Below are positions 1 to 12,941 of a stretch of DNA of 64,000 nucleotides, one piece after another. The position numbers were made by a program, and so were the translations under genes. The notes beneath the pieces were generated by a model. The model was not told the origin of the DNA, made no database searches, and saw only the letters and a program-made list of their open reading frames with translations. The first letter of the stretch is position 1; each line of letters starts with the position of its first letter. Source of the stretch: Convolutriloba macropyga (Eukaryota). The stretch lies in the NCBI RefSeq assembly GCF_964194025.1, contig NC_134468.1:78678001-78742000 (forward strand), read 5' to 3'.

Positions 1-1569
1 GGAAAAGAACCAAATTAATACTGAACATGAATTATTCCCAACACAAAAGCGAATTATAAACTTGAAACTGTACAAAGATAATAATGGTGAAGAAATTTAA
101 ACTGATGAGAACGGTTGAATAAGTAAATATGGACTCTGATAAAGATTATATCATGGATTGAACATCAAAATTCTCACCCACGTAATATTGGATTAGAAAC
201 CCAAATTAGGGGCCTAGGTTTTCAAAGTCATGAATGACCTTCTGAAAACTCTTCCCAAAAAGGTATTTTTTACACAAAGATTCGGAACATTTGGTAAAAA
301 TAGGACTAAACTATCATAACCAAACATAGATAAGCAGTATATATACGGCTCAATTTTAGTCAATTTTTGTAACCAAAAGCAGTCTGAAAATAATTATATT
401 GTCGTAATAATCGAAATTTCGGAGTAAGTTTGATTCGACGGGTGAGTTAACAGATCTCTGTCGTGTTACTGAAAATTGTTTTAATTGTTGGAACTAGTAA
501 ACTCTGGTAACTATACTTTTCGTTAAATTAACTTAGCAAATTTTCCACTACTTTCTCTTTTTAGACATTTTCTTATAACTTAGTAGAGCTTAAACTGGTA
601 TCTAGTGGGTATTTGCTAAACGATTCGATACTTGGCACTCATAGGCATTTGTAACTACTTGTTCTGAAGAAACCGTTAAGATTGGGTAAAACTTAATTGT
701 TTCTTTCGGTTTTCTGTTAATCAACATTGTAATTGTACAACTTTAGTAACTTCACAATACATCTCTAAAGATCTGAAATCATACTCAGTGTAGCTTCAAT
801 TTATTATATATAAATTAGTTTGGCGACTAGTAAAGTAGTGATCAACCAATCAATAATTAGGTTAGGTTAGGTTAACGAGCTGGAGGGCAGCACCGAGTCC
901 AGGACAACATCAAGACAATTGATTTCTGAGAGTATTAATTGGCCAAGCTCCTTCCAGGAGACCGCATAGTGGAGCCACTCTGAGGGTAGGCCTGCTTGCT
1001 CGTAGAAGACTTGGCAAGTTAAGTTAACCCATGTAGTATAGAATGATGAACCAAGTAGACAATTGAAACGGTCTGCAGTAACCTGAAGTACCTGACGGGC
1101 AAGTTCTTAACGTTCTAGCAAGTTGGTTAATACTCGTCTGGTTGGGTTGTGGAGTGAACACCGACGAGCTCTTCACGTCATCTACTATTTGTTTTAAGTA
1201 TATTGGTTGATCGATTGATTAGAAAGTGAATTGAGGACCTGGTATAATTCTCAATCTTAGAGACACCAAATTATTTCATTTGGTAAAACACTTCTTAGAA
1301 GCTAAAATATCATACAACAGAGAGAGGCATTACAAACACATTCTAATATCATCATTATTATTGGCAATTGACTACAGTTCTACAGCGCCTGAAATTATTT
1401 TCTTTAGGACTTGAACGGAGGACCTTGTATAACCCTTTAGTCTGGTTAAGAGTAGTAGGTTTGTGAAGTTACTATCCAGTCCAGTAGTTTTCTCTAAAGA
1501 TAGTTTCTAGGAACAATTGTGGAATTGTGAATAGGGTAAAACCTCCACCCTAAATATTCAGATTCTATA
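1..1569 (+). repeat. 5' LTR (first ~34 bp outside window)
   Basis: Colinear with 9426-11014 (about 10 mismatches counted in the first 240 bp); ends GATTCTATA just before the PBS. Confidence 0.95.
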
Positions 1570-1570
1570 T

Positions 1571-1588
1571 TGGCGACCATAGAGGGAT
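1571..1588 (+). promoter_or_regulatory. Primer-binding site, tRNA-Arg type
   Basis: TGGCGACCATAGAGGGAT 1 nt after the LTR; resembles the complement of the tRNA-Arg(TCG) 3' end (TGGCGACCACGAAGGGAC). Confidence 0.75.
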
Positions 1589-1764
1589 TCTTCTGATTAG
1601 AAGGCAGTTTTGCATTTTACAAAAAAAAAGAAAAAAAACGCAAAATTAGAATTTGAGAGAACCGATAAATTAGGTCTTTGGAATACGTTCCAAAGGTAAA
1701 ACTCATCTATTTATTTTTTCCGGGTCATTTGGTTTTACATCGAAAATGACTTCAATTATCAATA

Positions 1765-2830
1765 ATGAACAACGCACCAAACAACCAGCAACAGCAACAA
1801 CAGAACCAGGCGAGCAATCAGCAACAAATATTCCTGGCACCACTCCTTCTCACCCCTCTCCGATACCCTAGCCGCGACTTCGAGTTTCAAAAGATGGGTT
1901 CGACACTTCGAATCCATGTCAAATGCCAATAATTGGGATAACCAGAAACAACGCGAGGTCCTACCCACGTGTTTGAACAGTTATGCGTTAGATGAGTATT
2001 ACAATCTCCCCAATCATTACTTTCAACAAGTGCAAGGACAACCAGCCCCGACCATAGCGAGAGTTCTGAACGCTCTTAACAACAGAATCGGCGACTTTCC
2101 GAACGCAAGGAGTGCCCGCATCGAATTCAAAAATTTTCAGCAATTGGAATTAGAGTCAATCCAAGAGTTCTCAAGGCGAGTTCGTAGGTTAGGAGAGGCA
2201 GCCAATGCTCGTCTTGATGTTGCGGAACGACAGGGAGCTAACAAAGATGCCTTTATGGACGGACTGTTGGACAGCGAAATCAGATATACACTCCTGAAGG
2301 AAGAACCGGGAAGCTTCAATGCAGCTAAACAACGGGCCATTGCTTTAGACGCCATCAGTAAAGCGGAATCCAGTCGACTGCGAGAACGAGGAAACGGATA
2401 TGTGAGATGGTCAAAGGGTGAAAAAGATCATGATGAGTCAGTAACAGCTGACTTTAGAGCACTCAACACCAGTCTGTCATCGGGTTTCAAACAAATGATC
2501 GAGTTTCAGACCAGAAGCCTCAATAAGATGCTAGAGCAGCAAGAGCGACATACACGGATCATGGAGAAGATTCCTGACACCCACACAAGATTTCTATCCG
2601 AATCAAGTCAACCAAGATTTCAGAGTAGAAGTCCGGGAAGACCGGAAGGCTTTCGACCCATAGCGTCTGCGATGCAGCGCTATAATTGACGCCAGTTTGG
2701 GCACTTGTCAAATCAATGTCCACAGAAAGGAACAATACAACCGGGTATATCCGCAAACTTGGACACCGATATACAACCAATCGTAAAAAGAATTTTACTG
2801 AGAGCGAACTCAGAGCAAGTGAGCAGTACC
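1765..2830 (+). pseudogene. gag: gag (frameshifted), capsid-like region plus degenerate CCHC knuckle
   Basis: ATG 1765 (MNNAPNNQQQQ...), frameshift into ORF 1916-2689 (FKNFQQLELESIQEFSRRVRRL...FMDGL); RYN*RQFGHLSNQC at ~2678-2719 is a mutated Cx2Cx4Hx4C. Confidence 0.85.
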
Positions 2831-5800
2831 AACAAAGTTCAAAGTTTTCAGTCTTTGGACCTACAGTCTACGTGATGGTTGATCTTGACGGACAAAAACA
2901 CAAAACGTTAGTTTTACTCAAAAAAGCTTACTCACAGTACGAACAGCGTTCCAAACTCAGACCTTTCCGAGAACGAGTTCTTTCGGCCACCGTTGATCCT
3001 TTTGAAGTACTTGGCATTTTTACTGGCGAACTAACGTTCGACACCGGGGTTAAAGTGAAAGCCGATCTCTTGGTGACCCCAAACACAGACGTGCTTTTGA
3101 TATTGGAACCCAGGTGATGGAGGAGAATAAAGTATCAATCGACTTCCTTTCTAAGCAGCTGATGATGGAAAAAGAAACCAATGTTGTAAATTTGCAATTT
3201 GCCTATAAACCTGAAGTACCCAGGCACGTACATCTTTGTGAGACGGCAGCAGAATCTGGTCTTGATCAAATCGAAAAAACGGAATAATACAGCACGGGTT
3301 AACCGCAGAAACAAACCCAACTATCATGCGATGAAGAGTTGGAACAGATTTGTTCTTTAGCCATTCCAGACAGAAACGAACAAACAGACGACAGAAGAAG
3401 ACTGCTACGAGAGTTGAGAGATGTGTTTGCAATGAACGACAACGAACTTGGACAGACACACTTGGTTCAGCATGAAATTGACACAGGTGATACGCTGCCC
3501 ATCAAGCTTGCACCCCATAGACTTGCACCTGGAAAGATCACTGTGGTTAAGAAGGAGATTGAGGACATGCTGGTACGAAACATTATCCGACCTTCAAACA
3601 GCCCGTACAGTGCACCAATCGTTCTCGTTACCAAAAAGGATGGGAGCAATCGAACGTGCACAGACTTCAGACGATTAAACGAAGTAACAAAAAAGACGCT
3701 TTTCTACTTCCGCGAATTGACCAGATACTAGATCATCTTCACGGAGCAACGATTTTCTCAAAGGTATTGGCAAGCTCAATTAGCTGAGAGTGCTATACCA
3801 AAAACTGCGTTCGTCACTCCCAATTGTGGAAACTACGAGTACCTCAGACTTCCATTTGGACTTTGCAATGCACCGGCAACCTTCCAACGACTTATGACAA
3901 GCATCTTCAATGAATATCTCTTCTCGTTTGTCCTCATCTTCTTGGACGACGTTCTGATGTTTAGTAGGAATGTGGAGGAACACGAAAAACACATGCGTCT
4001 CGTTTTTCACGCTATTTGCCAGGCCAATCATAAATTCAAACCCAAGAAATGTCGCCTCTTTCAAGAATCCGTAACCTATCTAGGATACAAACTGAGCCCA
4101 GAGGGAGTTGCACCAGATGAAAACAAACTCGTTGCAGTACAGGACTGAAAGCGACCAGAAAACGTTACCGAAGTGAGGTCTTTTTTTGGATTTTGCAGTT
4201 ACTACAGACGTTTCATCAAAGACTTTGCTGGGATAGCGAAACCTCTTCACCAGATAACAAAAAAGAACAGCCGTTTCACTTGGAACCCTGATTGCCATAA
4301 TGCGTTCGAGAAACTGAAAGAGGCTTTGATTGATAACTCAGTGCTCAAGCATCAGGACTACAACTCTCCTTTTATCGTGGACACGGATGCAAGTGACAAC
4401 AGTCTAGGGGCAGTACTCTCGAATATTGTCGATGGAGTAAAATACCCAGTGGCTTTCGCGAGCAGAGTTTTGACGCCAGCAGAATGTCGTTACTCAAAAA
4501 CAAAAAGAGAAGCATAAGCAGTCATTCAAGTGATGAAATGGTTTAAGCCTTACATTTGGGGAACTCAATTTTTGCTCAGAACAGATCATTCATCGCTACA
4601 GTGGTTATTTAGACAAAACAATGACGGATGATATTCAGGATGCTTCAAAGACCGCAAGAATTCGATTTTCAAGTAGTATATAGACCAGGAGACAAGCACG
4701 GGAATGCAGATGGACTGTCAAGACAGTGCAGCATCACACTTGAGCCAACTGAAGCTGAGAGACTGGTTATGTTTGGAAGTTGCCCGTCCGCTAACTCTTT
4801 GGAAGACGCCCTCGGAAGAATTAACTTAGTTACAGCCGAGGACGCGAACGAGCCAATGAGTATCCAATTTCAAGATGACGTAAATTCACTTAGGCTGGCT
4901 CAAAGAAACGATCCCTGCTTACGTCTCTTCTTGCAATGGGCAAACGCTGAGAAACATCCAGACCAAAATTCGCTGAGAGACTTAAAAATCAAGAAGGCAA
5001 ACGCAATAGCACAAGGAGAAGATGCAGTAGCGATGTGGGGCCTCTGTGACCAGATGGAGCTGACTGACGGCGTGCTGTACAGAAAGTGGCATGTGGAAGG
5101 AAGCAATACAACCCAAAAACAACTAGTAGTACCGCAGGGACTCAGAGAGACAGTTTTGGAACAGCTTCACGATTCAAAACTCAATGGAGGCTATTATGCT
5201 ATTCAAAAGACCTCGGACAGGGCAAGACAGAGGTTTTGGTGGCCAAATATGAGAAAAGCCATTGATCGAAAATGTAAGAACTACACCCTTTGTCAAGCAC
5301 GAAGTACCGCTGGAAAGAAAAAAATAGCCCCTCTCCAGACAATCAACAATGGATCCGATTCAGCAAAGTGGCAGCAGATATCCTGGGACCTGCTACCCGA
5401 GCAAGGACAAGCGGTGCAAAATACATGCTCGTATGGACGGACTATTTCACGAAATACGTGGTTTGCGTTCCCTTAGAAAGAACTACGGCCGAAGATGTTG
5501 CTAGAGCAATTGTGGAGAACTGGGTTTTGACATTTGGAGCACCTGATTGCCTTCACACCGATCAAGGACCAAACTTCTGCAGCGAACTACTACTAGAAGT
5601 GTGCAACATTTTTGGAATAGAGAAGACAAGAACATCTCCATATCACCCGCAGGGAAAAGGTAGAACGTCACAACAGAGTTGTTGCGGATGTTACTTCCAA
5701 ATACTGCGCAAACAATCCAAGTAGCTGGGATCAAATGATTCCCTCTCTCAACTTCGTCTATAATACGATTGTACACAAAACAACAGGACAGACTCCATTC

Positions 5801-6700
5801 TCACTTGTGTTTGGACAAGAATGCAAATACCCGATTGACCTTCTTCTCCCGAAAGCACCTGGTCAAGAAATTGACAACTACGAATTCACAAGATGGCTCA
5901 ATGAACAGTTCGGGGAAGCACATATAAATGCCAGAGAGACACTTGGCTACAAACAAAGAAGACAAAAAGAATTGTACAAGAAAAACGTCTTCGGAGAGGA
6001 ACTAAAGCCAGGAGAGAAAGTTTGGCTTTTTGCACCCCAAAAAACAAAATCAAGAAAGTTTTTTCTTCCCTGGATCGGACCATATAACATCATTGAAAGG
6101 ACCTCAGAAGTCAACTATAAAATCTCAAAAGACACAAACTCCAAGAAATGGCAGATAGTCCACTACAATCGATTGAAGACTGTGAAGGAGGAAGACGAGT
6201 TACCCAGAATGGAAACAAGATCATCTCATCAGGAGAAATGGCCCAGCCGCCAAAATACGTATGACCAGGAAGTTCATATTGAAGAAAACATTAAAACTTT
6301 CACCCCAGAAATTACATCAAGACGGCCCAAACAAGAGAGTCCCTTCAAATGGATGGACGAGGATGAAGAATTTTTCTCCGATCTCTTTGCAGAGCGAGAA
6401 CATTCAACTAAAAGGCCCACTAAGACTAACATACCAGCAGAACCGATCACTCCGGAACAAGACAAAACCCAAGCGAACCAGACCCCTTTTGTAACCCCAG
6501 CCAAAGAGACTGACTCTACACCACTGCACCAAAGACCACACAAGCCAAAAAACGTCTTGAGGGACCTCAGTGAAACACAGTCAACACGCGCCAAGAGGCT
6601 CAACATTTGCAGAACTCTTGGGAACCAAAACTGACGAAACAGTAAACTCCATCGCTAAAGCACGAGAAAGACGAGCAGTGAAGTACCCAAAAGGATTCGG
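2830..6700 (+). pseudogene. pol: pol: protease (catalytic DTG apparently deleted), RT, RNase H, integrase, low-complexity tail
   Basis: IRPSNSPYSAPIVLVTKKDG, FGLCNAPATFQ, FLDDVL, YLGY, FFGFCSYYRRFIKDFA, DTDAS, PVAFASR, HGNADGLSR, DYFTKY, HTDQGPNF, TSPYHPQG, WIGPY. Confidence 0.95.
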
Positions 6701-7188
6701 AATCNNNNNNNNNNNNNNNNNNNNNNNNNNNNNNNNNNNNNNNNNNNNNNNNNNNNNNNNNNNNNNNNNNNNNNNNNNNNNNNNNNNNNNNNNNNNNNNN
6801 NNNNNNNNNNNNNNNNNNNNNNNNNNNNNNNNNNNNNNNNNNNNNNNNNNNNNNNNNNNNNNNNNNNNNNNNNNNNNNNNNNNNNNNNNNNNNNNNNNNN
6901 NNNNNNNNNNNNTTCTCTATATAGCATTGCTTAAAAAAATTGTTAAGATCAAAAGATTAGCCGAAATTTTTATTAAAGATGGGGACGATCGTAAAATATA
7001 ATTAAATAGCACCATTAAAAAAAAACTATATTGTAAGATAATATATCACCGGTATTAGGAAAAGAGCTAATTAGCGGAAATAAAATTCAGAGAATTTGGG
7101 GGTAATTATTAGAGAATGTAGCATTCTTTCTAATACAGAAAAAATGCTACCTAGGTTTAGCGCTGTAATTAACCATAATAATGTTTAG

Positions 7189-9340
7189 ATGTACAACTTT
7201 GTGATATTTGTGATATTTATATTAATACTTGCGGTACGAGAGCAAACAGCCGAGATTGCACACACTACTGCGCATGTTCTCTTTCAACCTCAAACTTCAG
7301 TTTCAATAGCCGACTCATATCTGACTGTGGAATCGCAGTCCCACTTCAAAAGCTGTTGAACGTGGATCTCCGATCAATTTATAAATTTTCGTCAACACTT
7401 CAGCAATTGGAACAGAAAACGTGGAAAATCTCCGCGTTTTGCAACAACCCAGCAATAAGCGCACTATTACAGCACCACTTTGACGGAATAATCTCATCTA
7501 TTCAGATAGAATACGAAAGAGCAGAGAAAGAGAGGACAAAGCTCGTCAAAGAAGTAGCATCTTTTGTAAGCCAGACTATCACTCTTCAGCGACAGAGACG
7601 ATCACCACTGCTGTCTGCAATGGGAGTTTCGACGGCGATAACTTTAGAACCCTTACTGGAAAAAAACAGGGTGTAGACTACTCTCAATTTCTGGTCTGTG
7701 CGAAAGTTCTTAGCGAAAGATGGAACAATTGGAAGGACAATTGCACTATTTGGAATTAAGAATTGTTCACCTGCACAACGAAGAAAGAGAGTCTATTCAG
7801 GTCATGGCCAGCAGTAGTTTGAAGCTTCATGAAGACAAACGAAAAGTGCTAAACTACTCAGAGGATAACTTTGAGATTCTGCAAACAAACCTGGTGGTGC
7901 TTCAAAAAACAATGGAAAAAAATATAACAAGCCCAAGCCTGTGATCATCGAAGGTCTGATGTTTTTTATGTATGCCTTTCGCGCCCAAAGTGCATTTAAC
8001 AACAACGTATCATGGACTCTCAATGCTATGCACAGCGAGTTGCATGTACAAACACTATATTTGACGGAACAGAGAAACATATTTATTACAAGCATTGGAG
8101 TGCTATCCAAGGGAATACTGCCAGCCACACTAGTAGCCTACGAGGATTTACGGAAAATAATTACAACCCTGAGGCTTGAAGATAAAAAATTTTCAATTCC
8201 ATACGACCACTCCAGTTTACTTTACAGCCTGCCCTTAGTGAGAAATGTTTCTTCCAATCCACACGGACTGTTAATCACAATGGAGGTGCCAGTATACAGT
8301 GGTGAACCAATTCACGATGCCTACAAAGTAATTCCTCTGCCACAACCAATCAAGAACACAACGACGGCCGCAACTCTAAACTTAGAAAGGAACTATTGCA
8401 TCGTATCAAGGCGAGAAAAAATCTATGCCGAAATGAAGAGTGAGGAATATCTGCCTTGTTTGGGGACACAATTGCTGATACTTTGCACCAAGCCATTAGC
8501 GTTGGTGAGCGCGCAAGAACAACTCTGCTTGACTTCACTCCTATACAATCACAAGGTAGCTGCTTTGAAGACTTAGACACGAGAAGTAACGGAATTGCCA
8601 CAATTTCACTGACAGCAATCTACCTTGGGAACTCTATGTACCTCCTCAAAGCGGCAGACGATCAACAATTTCTTTATAACATAACGTACAGTGGGGGAAG
8701 AAAGTTTTCAAACCCTGTACCAGCCTGTAAAAGTTGCCTAGTACATCCCCCTTGCGATAGAAAACTGGTTCACCCGAAGATTGGACTGGTCATGTTGCCC
8801 GATCCTGCATATTGTCTTCAATACAGTGGGCTAATAAAAACAATCACAATTCTCGAACTACTGGATACCGCTTTCAACATCCCGAGCATTCCAGCGGTCA
8901 CTCCTACAGAAGAGAGTCGGAATTTGATGTTGCATAAGATCAGATCGGCACTCAAGGATGTCCCTACGCTTGATGTCACGCCTGAATTAGTCAGTGAGAT
9001 GGTAGACAAAATCGATCAACAACTCTCTGAGGAAAACAACTTCAAATCCTTTTGCCATGGGTCAACACTGCATACATTTAAAGAGCTGGCGGGTCTGCTA
9101 GGTTTCTCTCTATGGCGTCTTGCATTTGTCCTTTTGGTTGTCTGGGCAGCGAATAAGTGTTACAAGTCCAGAAGCACTACAAAACATATTCACAATTTGT
9201 CCAACGATGATCAACGAGATATCGGAACTGATAAGCAGTTTGAACAGAGACTGAACCTAGTTGAGAGAATGCGAAACGAGGAGACTAACGCTGATTTAAA
9301 AAAACTGATGGTGCATTTATATACTTTTACGTTATACTAA
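7189..9340 (+). pseudogene. env: env-like class I fusion glycoprotein (baculovirus F / errantivirus env-like), fragmented
   Basis: Signal-like MYNFVIFVIFILILAV at 7189; RQRR (7590-7601) followed by hydrophobic SPLLSAMGVSTAITL; heptad-like 7720-7944; LPATL..LYSLPLV..MEVPV..YKVIPLP..C..C..C; TM LAGLLGFSLWRLAFVLLVVWAA ~9085-9150. Confidence 0.8.
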
Positions 9341-9379
9341 TTTCACTGTATTGTACTATTCAGGAGAATAGTTTAGTCC

Positions 9380-9391
9380 GGATGGGTGGGA
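9380..9391 (+). promoter_or_regulatory. Polypurine tract
   Basis: GGATGGGTGGGA immediately before the TG that starts the 3' LTR. Confidence 0.75.
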
Positions 9392-11014
9392 TGTAGGAAT
9401 GGAAAGTTTAACTTAAGCGTTTTTTGGAAAAGAACCAAATTGATACTGAACTTGAATTATTCCCAACACAAAAGCGAATTCTAAATTTGAAACTGTACAA
9501 AGATAATAATGGTGAAGAAATTTAAACTGATGAGAACGGTTGAATAAGTAAATATGGACTCTAATAAAGATTATATCATAGATTGAACATCAAAATTCTC
9601 ACCCACGTAATATTGGATTAGAAACCCAAATTAGGGCCCTAGGTTATCAAAGTCACGAATGAACTTCTGAAAACTTTTCCCAAAAAGGTATTTTTCACAC
9701 AAAGGTTCGGAAAATTTGGTAAAAATAGGACTAAACTATCAAAACCAAACATAGATAAGCAGTATATATACGGCTCAATTTTAGCCAATTTTTGTAACCA
9801 AAAGCAGTCTGAAAATAATTAAATTGTCGTGATAATCGAAATTGCGGAGTAAATTTGATTCGACGAGTGAGTTAACAGATCTCTGTCGTGGTACTGAAAA
9901 TTGTAATGATTTTTGGAACTAGTATACTCTGGTAACTATACTTTTCGTTAAATTAACTTAGCAAATTTTCCACTACTTTCTCTTTTTAGACCTTTTCGTA
10001 TATCTTAGTAGAGCTGAAACTGGTATCTAGTATGTATTTGCATAACGCTTCGATACTTGGCACTCATAGGCGTTTGTAACTAGTTGTTCTGAAGGAACCA
10101 TAGTCTTGTAATAATTAAGATTGGGTAAAAGTTATAGTACTGATAGTTTTTCGGTTTTCTGTTAATCAACAGCGTAATTGTACAACTTTAGTAACTTCAC
10201 AATACATCTCTAAGGATCTGAAATCATACTCAGTCTAGCTTCAATTTATTATTTTTAAATTAGTTTGGTGACTAGTAAAGTAGTGATCAACCAATCAATA
10301 ATTAGGTTAAGTTAAAATAACGAACTAGAGGGCAGCACCGAGTCCAGGACAACATCAAGACGATTGATTTTTGAGAGTATTAATCGGCAAAGCTCCTTCC
10401 AGGAGACCGCATAGTGGAGCCACTCTGAGGGTAGGCCTGCCTGCTCGTAGAAGACTTGGCAGTTTAAGTTAACCCATGTAGTATGGAATGGTGAACCAAG
10501 TAGACAATTAAAACGGTAAGCAGTAACCTGAAGTACCTGATGGGCAATGTCTTAACGTTCTATCAAGTTGGTTAATACTCGTCTGGTTGGGTTGTGGAGT
10601 GAACACCTACGACCTCTTCACGTCATCTACTATTTGTTTTAAGTATATTGGTTGATCGATTAATTAGAAAGTGAATTGTGGACCTGGTATAATTCTCATT
10701 CTTAGAGTCACCAATTTATTTCATTTGGTAAAACACTTCTTAGAAGCTAAAATATCATACAACATAGAGAGGCATTACAAACATATTCTAACATCATCAT
10801 TATTATTGGCAATTGACTACAGTTCTATAGCGCCTGAAAATACTTTCTTTAGGACTTGAACGGAGGGCCTGGTATAACCCTTTAGTCTAGTTAAGAGTAG
10901 TAGTTTTGTGAAATTACTATCCAGGCCAGTAGTTTTCTCTAAAGATAGATTCTAGGAACAATTGTGGAATTGTGAATAGGGTAAAACCTCCAACCTAAAT
11001 ATTTAGATTCTATA
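9392..11014 (+). repeat. 3' LTR (~1623 bp)
   Basis: Starts TGTAGGAAT after the PPT, ends GATTCTATA; matches 1-1569. Confidence 0.95.
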
Positions 11015-11874
11015 TACCTTGTGCCTTTTTTTTGCAAAAGTCTGCACTTTTCTAAAAAATAAACGCAAAGTTCTCCCTAAAAACAAAATCCTATCTTTCC
11101 CAACAAGATAAGTATCATAACAATTTTATGCAGAGAAAAATTTTTCACTCAAGTCGTCGCCATCTCTTTTGTCACTTCTTGCAATTTATGTTAATACAGG
11201 ATACAATTTATGCGTGGACTTTGGTGTAATTGATCCCATTAATTAATTTTTCAACAAAAAGAAAATGTTTTTGTATGCACTATCAACAAACAAAAAATTT
11301 ATCTTCAATTTGAAGAAAACGGGAAGGCAATACACAATACCAATAATAAAAGTGAGGCATCATTTTCATACAAATCGCATACTATTAAATGTGCATGAGG
11401 AATTTTCAAAATTAAGTTATAGATAATAATTTAAAACTCAATTAAAAGCGTCCTGTTTTCTGGAGTGACATCCTTTTTTTTGAGTTTAATCTTCCAGGAT
11501 TGTTTCAGTATTTGGAAGTGAGAATCAGTGGAAAAATGTTGGCACTAAAATTTGGGAAAAAAATTTATTGGTCTTGCATAAAACATTTATCATTCAAAGC
11601 TACTTCAAGAATTCCAGCTATGCCGCAGACGCTCTTCTACAAACCAGATACTTCGCTTCTAGCAAGACTTTTACAAGAACTGTGCGAGGTTATAAAGTTT
11701 TGTAAAGGGGTCTTGCAATAGTTTTTCAGTGAGATAAATCAAGTAGAGAGGTGAAGAGAAATTAACCATGCATTTATCATTTCTCAATTCCCTAAGTAGC
11801 AACCATTGCGATCTTTGATATATATTTTGCTTAATTTCTGCACTGATTGAGGTCACAGAGGTCACAGAAGGCTA

Positions 11875-12405
11875 GCCCAAAATGATTTCTGATAAGACCG
11901 TCTTAGACCGAAAAATGTTTGATTTGAAAAAAACTCAGACTGAAGTGACCTCCTATTAAACTTTGGTGCGCTCAAAAAATTGTGTGCATTCGAATCTCGG
12001 TCAAAACTATCTGTCTAAATCAGTTGTTATATATGAGCAGCATGTTATTGTTTCGCATAAAAGGTTATGATGAACAATTTTTGCGTTATTCGATTGGTCT
12101 AGGGATACATTGATGACTCTTATAAAATGATAATACGCGAGATTTAATGTGATGTCTCAATACAGAGTTCATGAGTTTTCCATCAAAATTGTGAAACCAA
12201 CAATTTTTAATAGAAACAGTAGATGAAAACTTAGAATTTTTTTGCGCTCGTGGTATACTCCGATCAGATTTTGGTTAGTTTGAATCCATCTCTGATTAGA
12301 CCTTCGTGCGCACAATTTTACAGCGTGTGATTAAACATTTTGTGCTGAATTCTACTTCTGCTTAGACCGTCCCAGATCAAAATGAATTCTGATCAGACCT
12401 CGCTA
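11875..12405. repeat. Fragments of the TCTGATCAGAC-motif repeat family
   Basis: Recurrent (T)CTGAT(C/T)AGACC and AGACCG motifs, also seen at 30720-30950, 31908-33025 and 59440-60435. Confidence 0.5.
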
Positions 12406-12824
12406 TGTTTTTCTCTCTATGCAAAAAATATCGAATGGGGAAAGGCAAGTTAACGGAAAGCCATGAATTTTTTGGACAGTATTGTAAAGGGTTGAAAAAT
12501 TTCCTCACAGTCAAATTGCGTACGCGTGGCGGCTGATGAAGTTATACATTGAGAGCGCTGATATAGTTTTCCCACAAAGCATGATTATTGGCTCATTCTT
12601 TGTTTCTTTCCCGTTTTTAATCAATTTTCCAGATAATTCATGCGCCTTTTAATTATCAACTGTTTGATGTTATTGATACACAGTAATTTGAAAAAAAAAT
12701 GTCTCATTTGATAAAGATGATAAAACTTTTCTGCGAGAAAAATTTAGTTATCGATTTCTTAAAAGTAAATTAATAGCCTCAAGATAAAATGTGTTTTATT
12801 GTTTCTAATAAAATGATGTAGATG

Positions 12825-12890
<66 letters not shown>
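12825..12890. repeat. (AT)n microsatellite
   Basis: Interrupted AT dinucleotide run. Confidence 0.95.
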
Positions 12891-12895
<5 letters not shown>

Positions 12896-12941
12896 TTGTG
12901 AATCTTTGGCGAAGAGTTTGTATAACTACCAATTAGTATAA

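Larger units (their letters stand above)
1..11014 (+). mobile_element. Ty3/gypsy (Metaviridae) LTR retroelement with env-like third ORF; decayed, 5' LTR truncated by window edge
   Basis: Direct repeats 1-1569 and 9426-11014; PBS at 1571; gag-PR-RT-RH-IN order; env-like ORF 7189-9340; PPT at 9380-9391; many stops and frameshifts. Confidence 0.95.

Noticed and set aside
857-873. TTAGG telomere-like repeats in the LTR
   Set aside because: Only three units and not conserved in the 3' LTR
2780-2800. gag-pol -1 frameshift site
   Set aside because: pol is in the -1 frame but no clean slippery heptamer is present, and decay frameshifts are common in this copy
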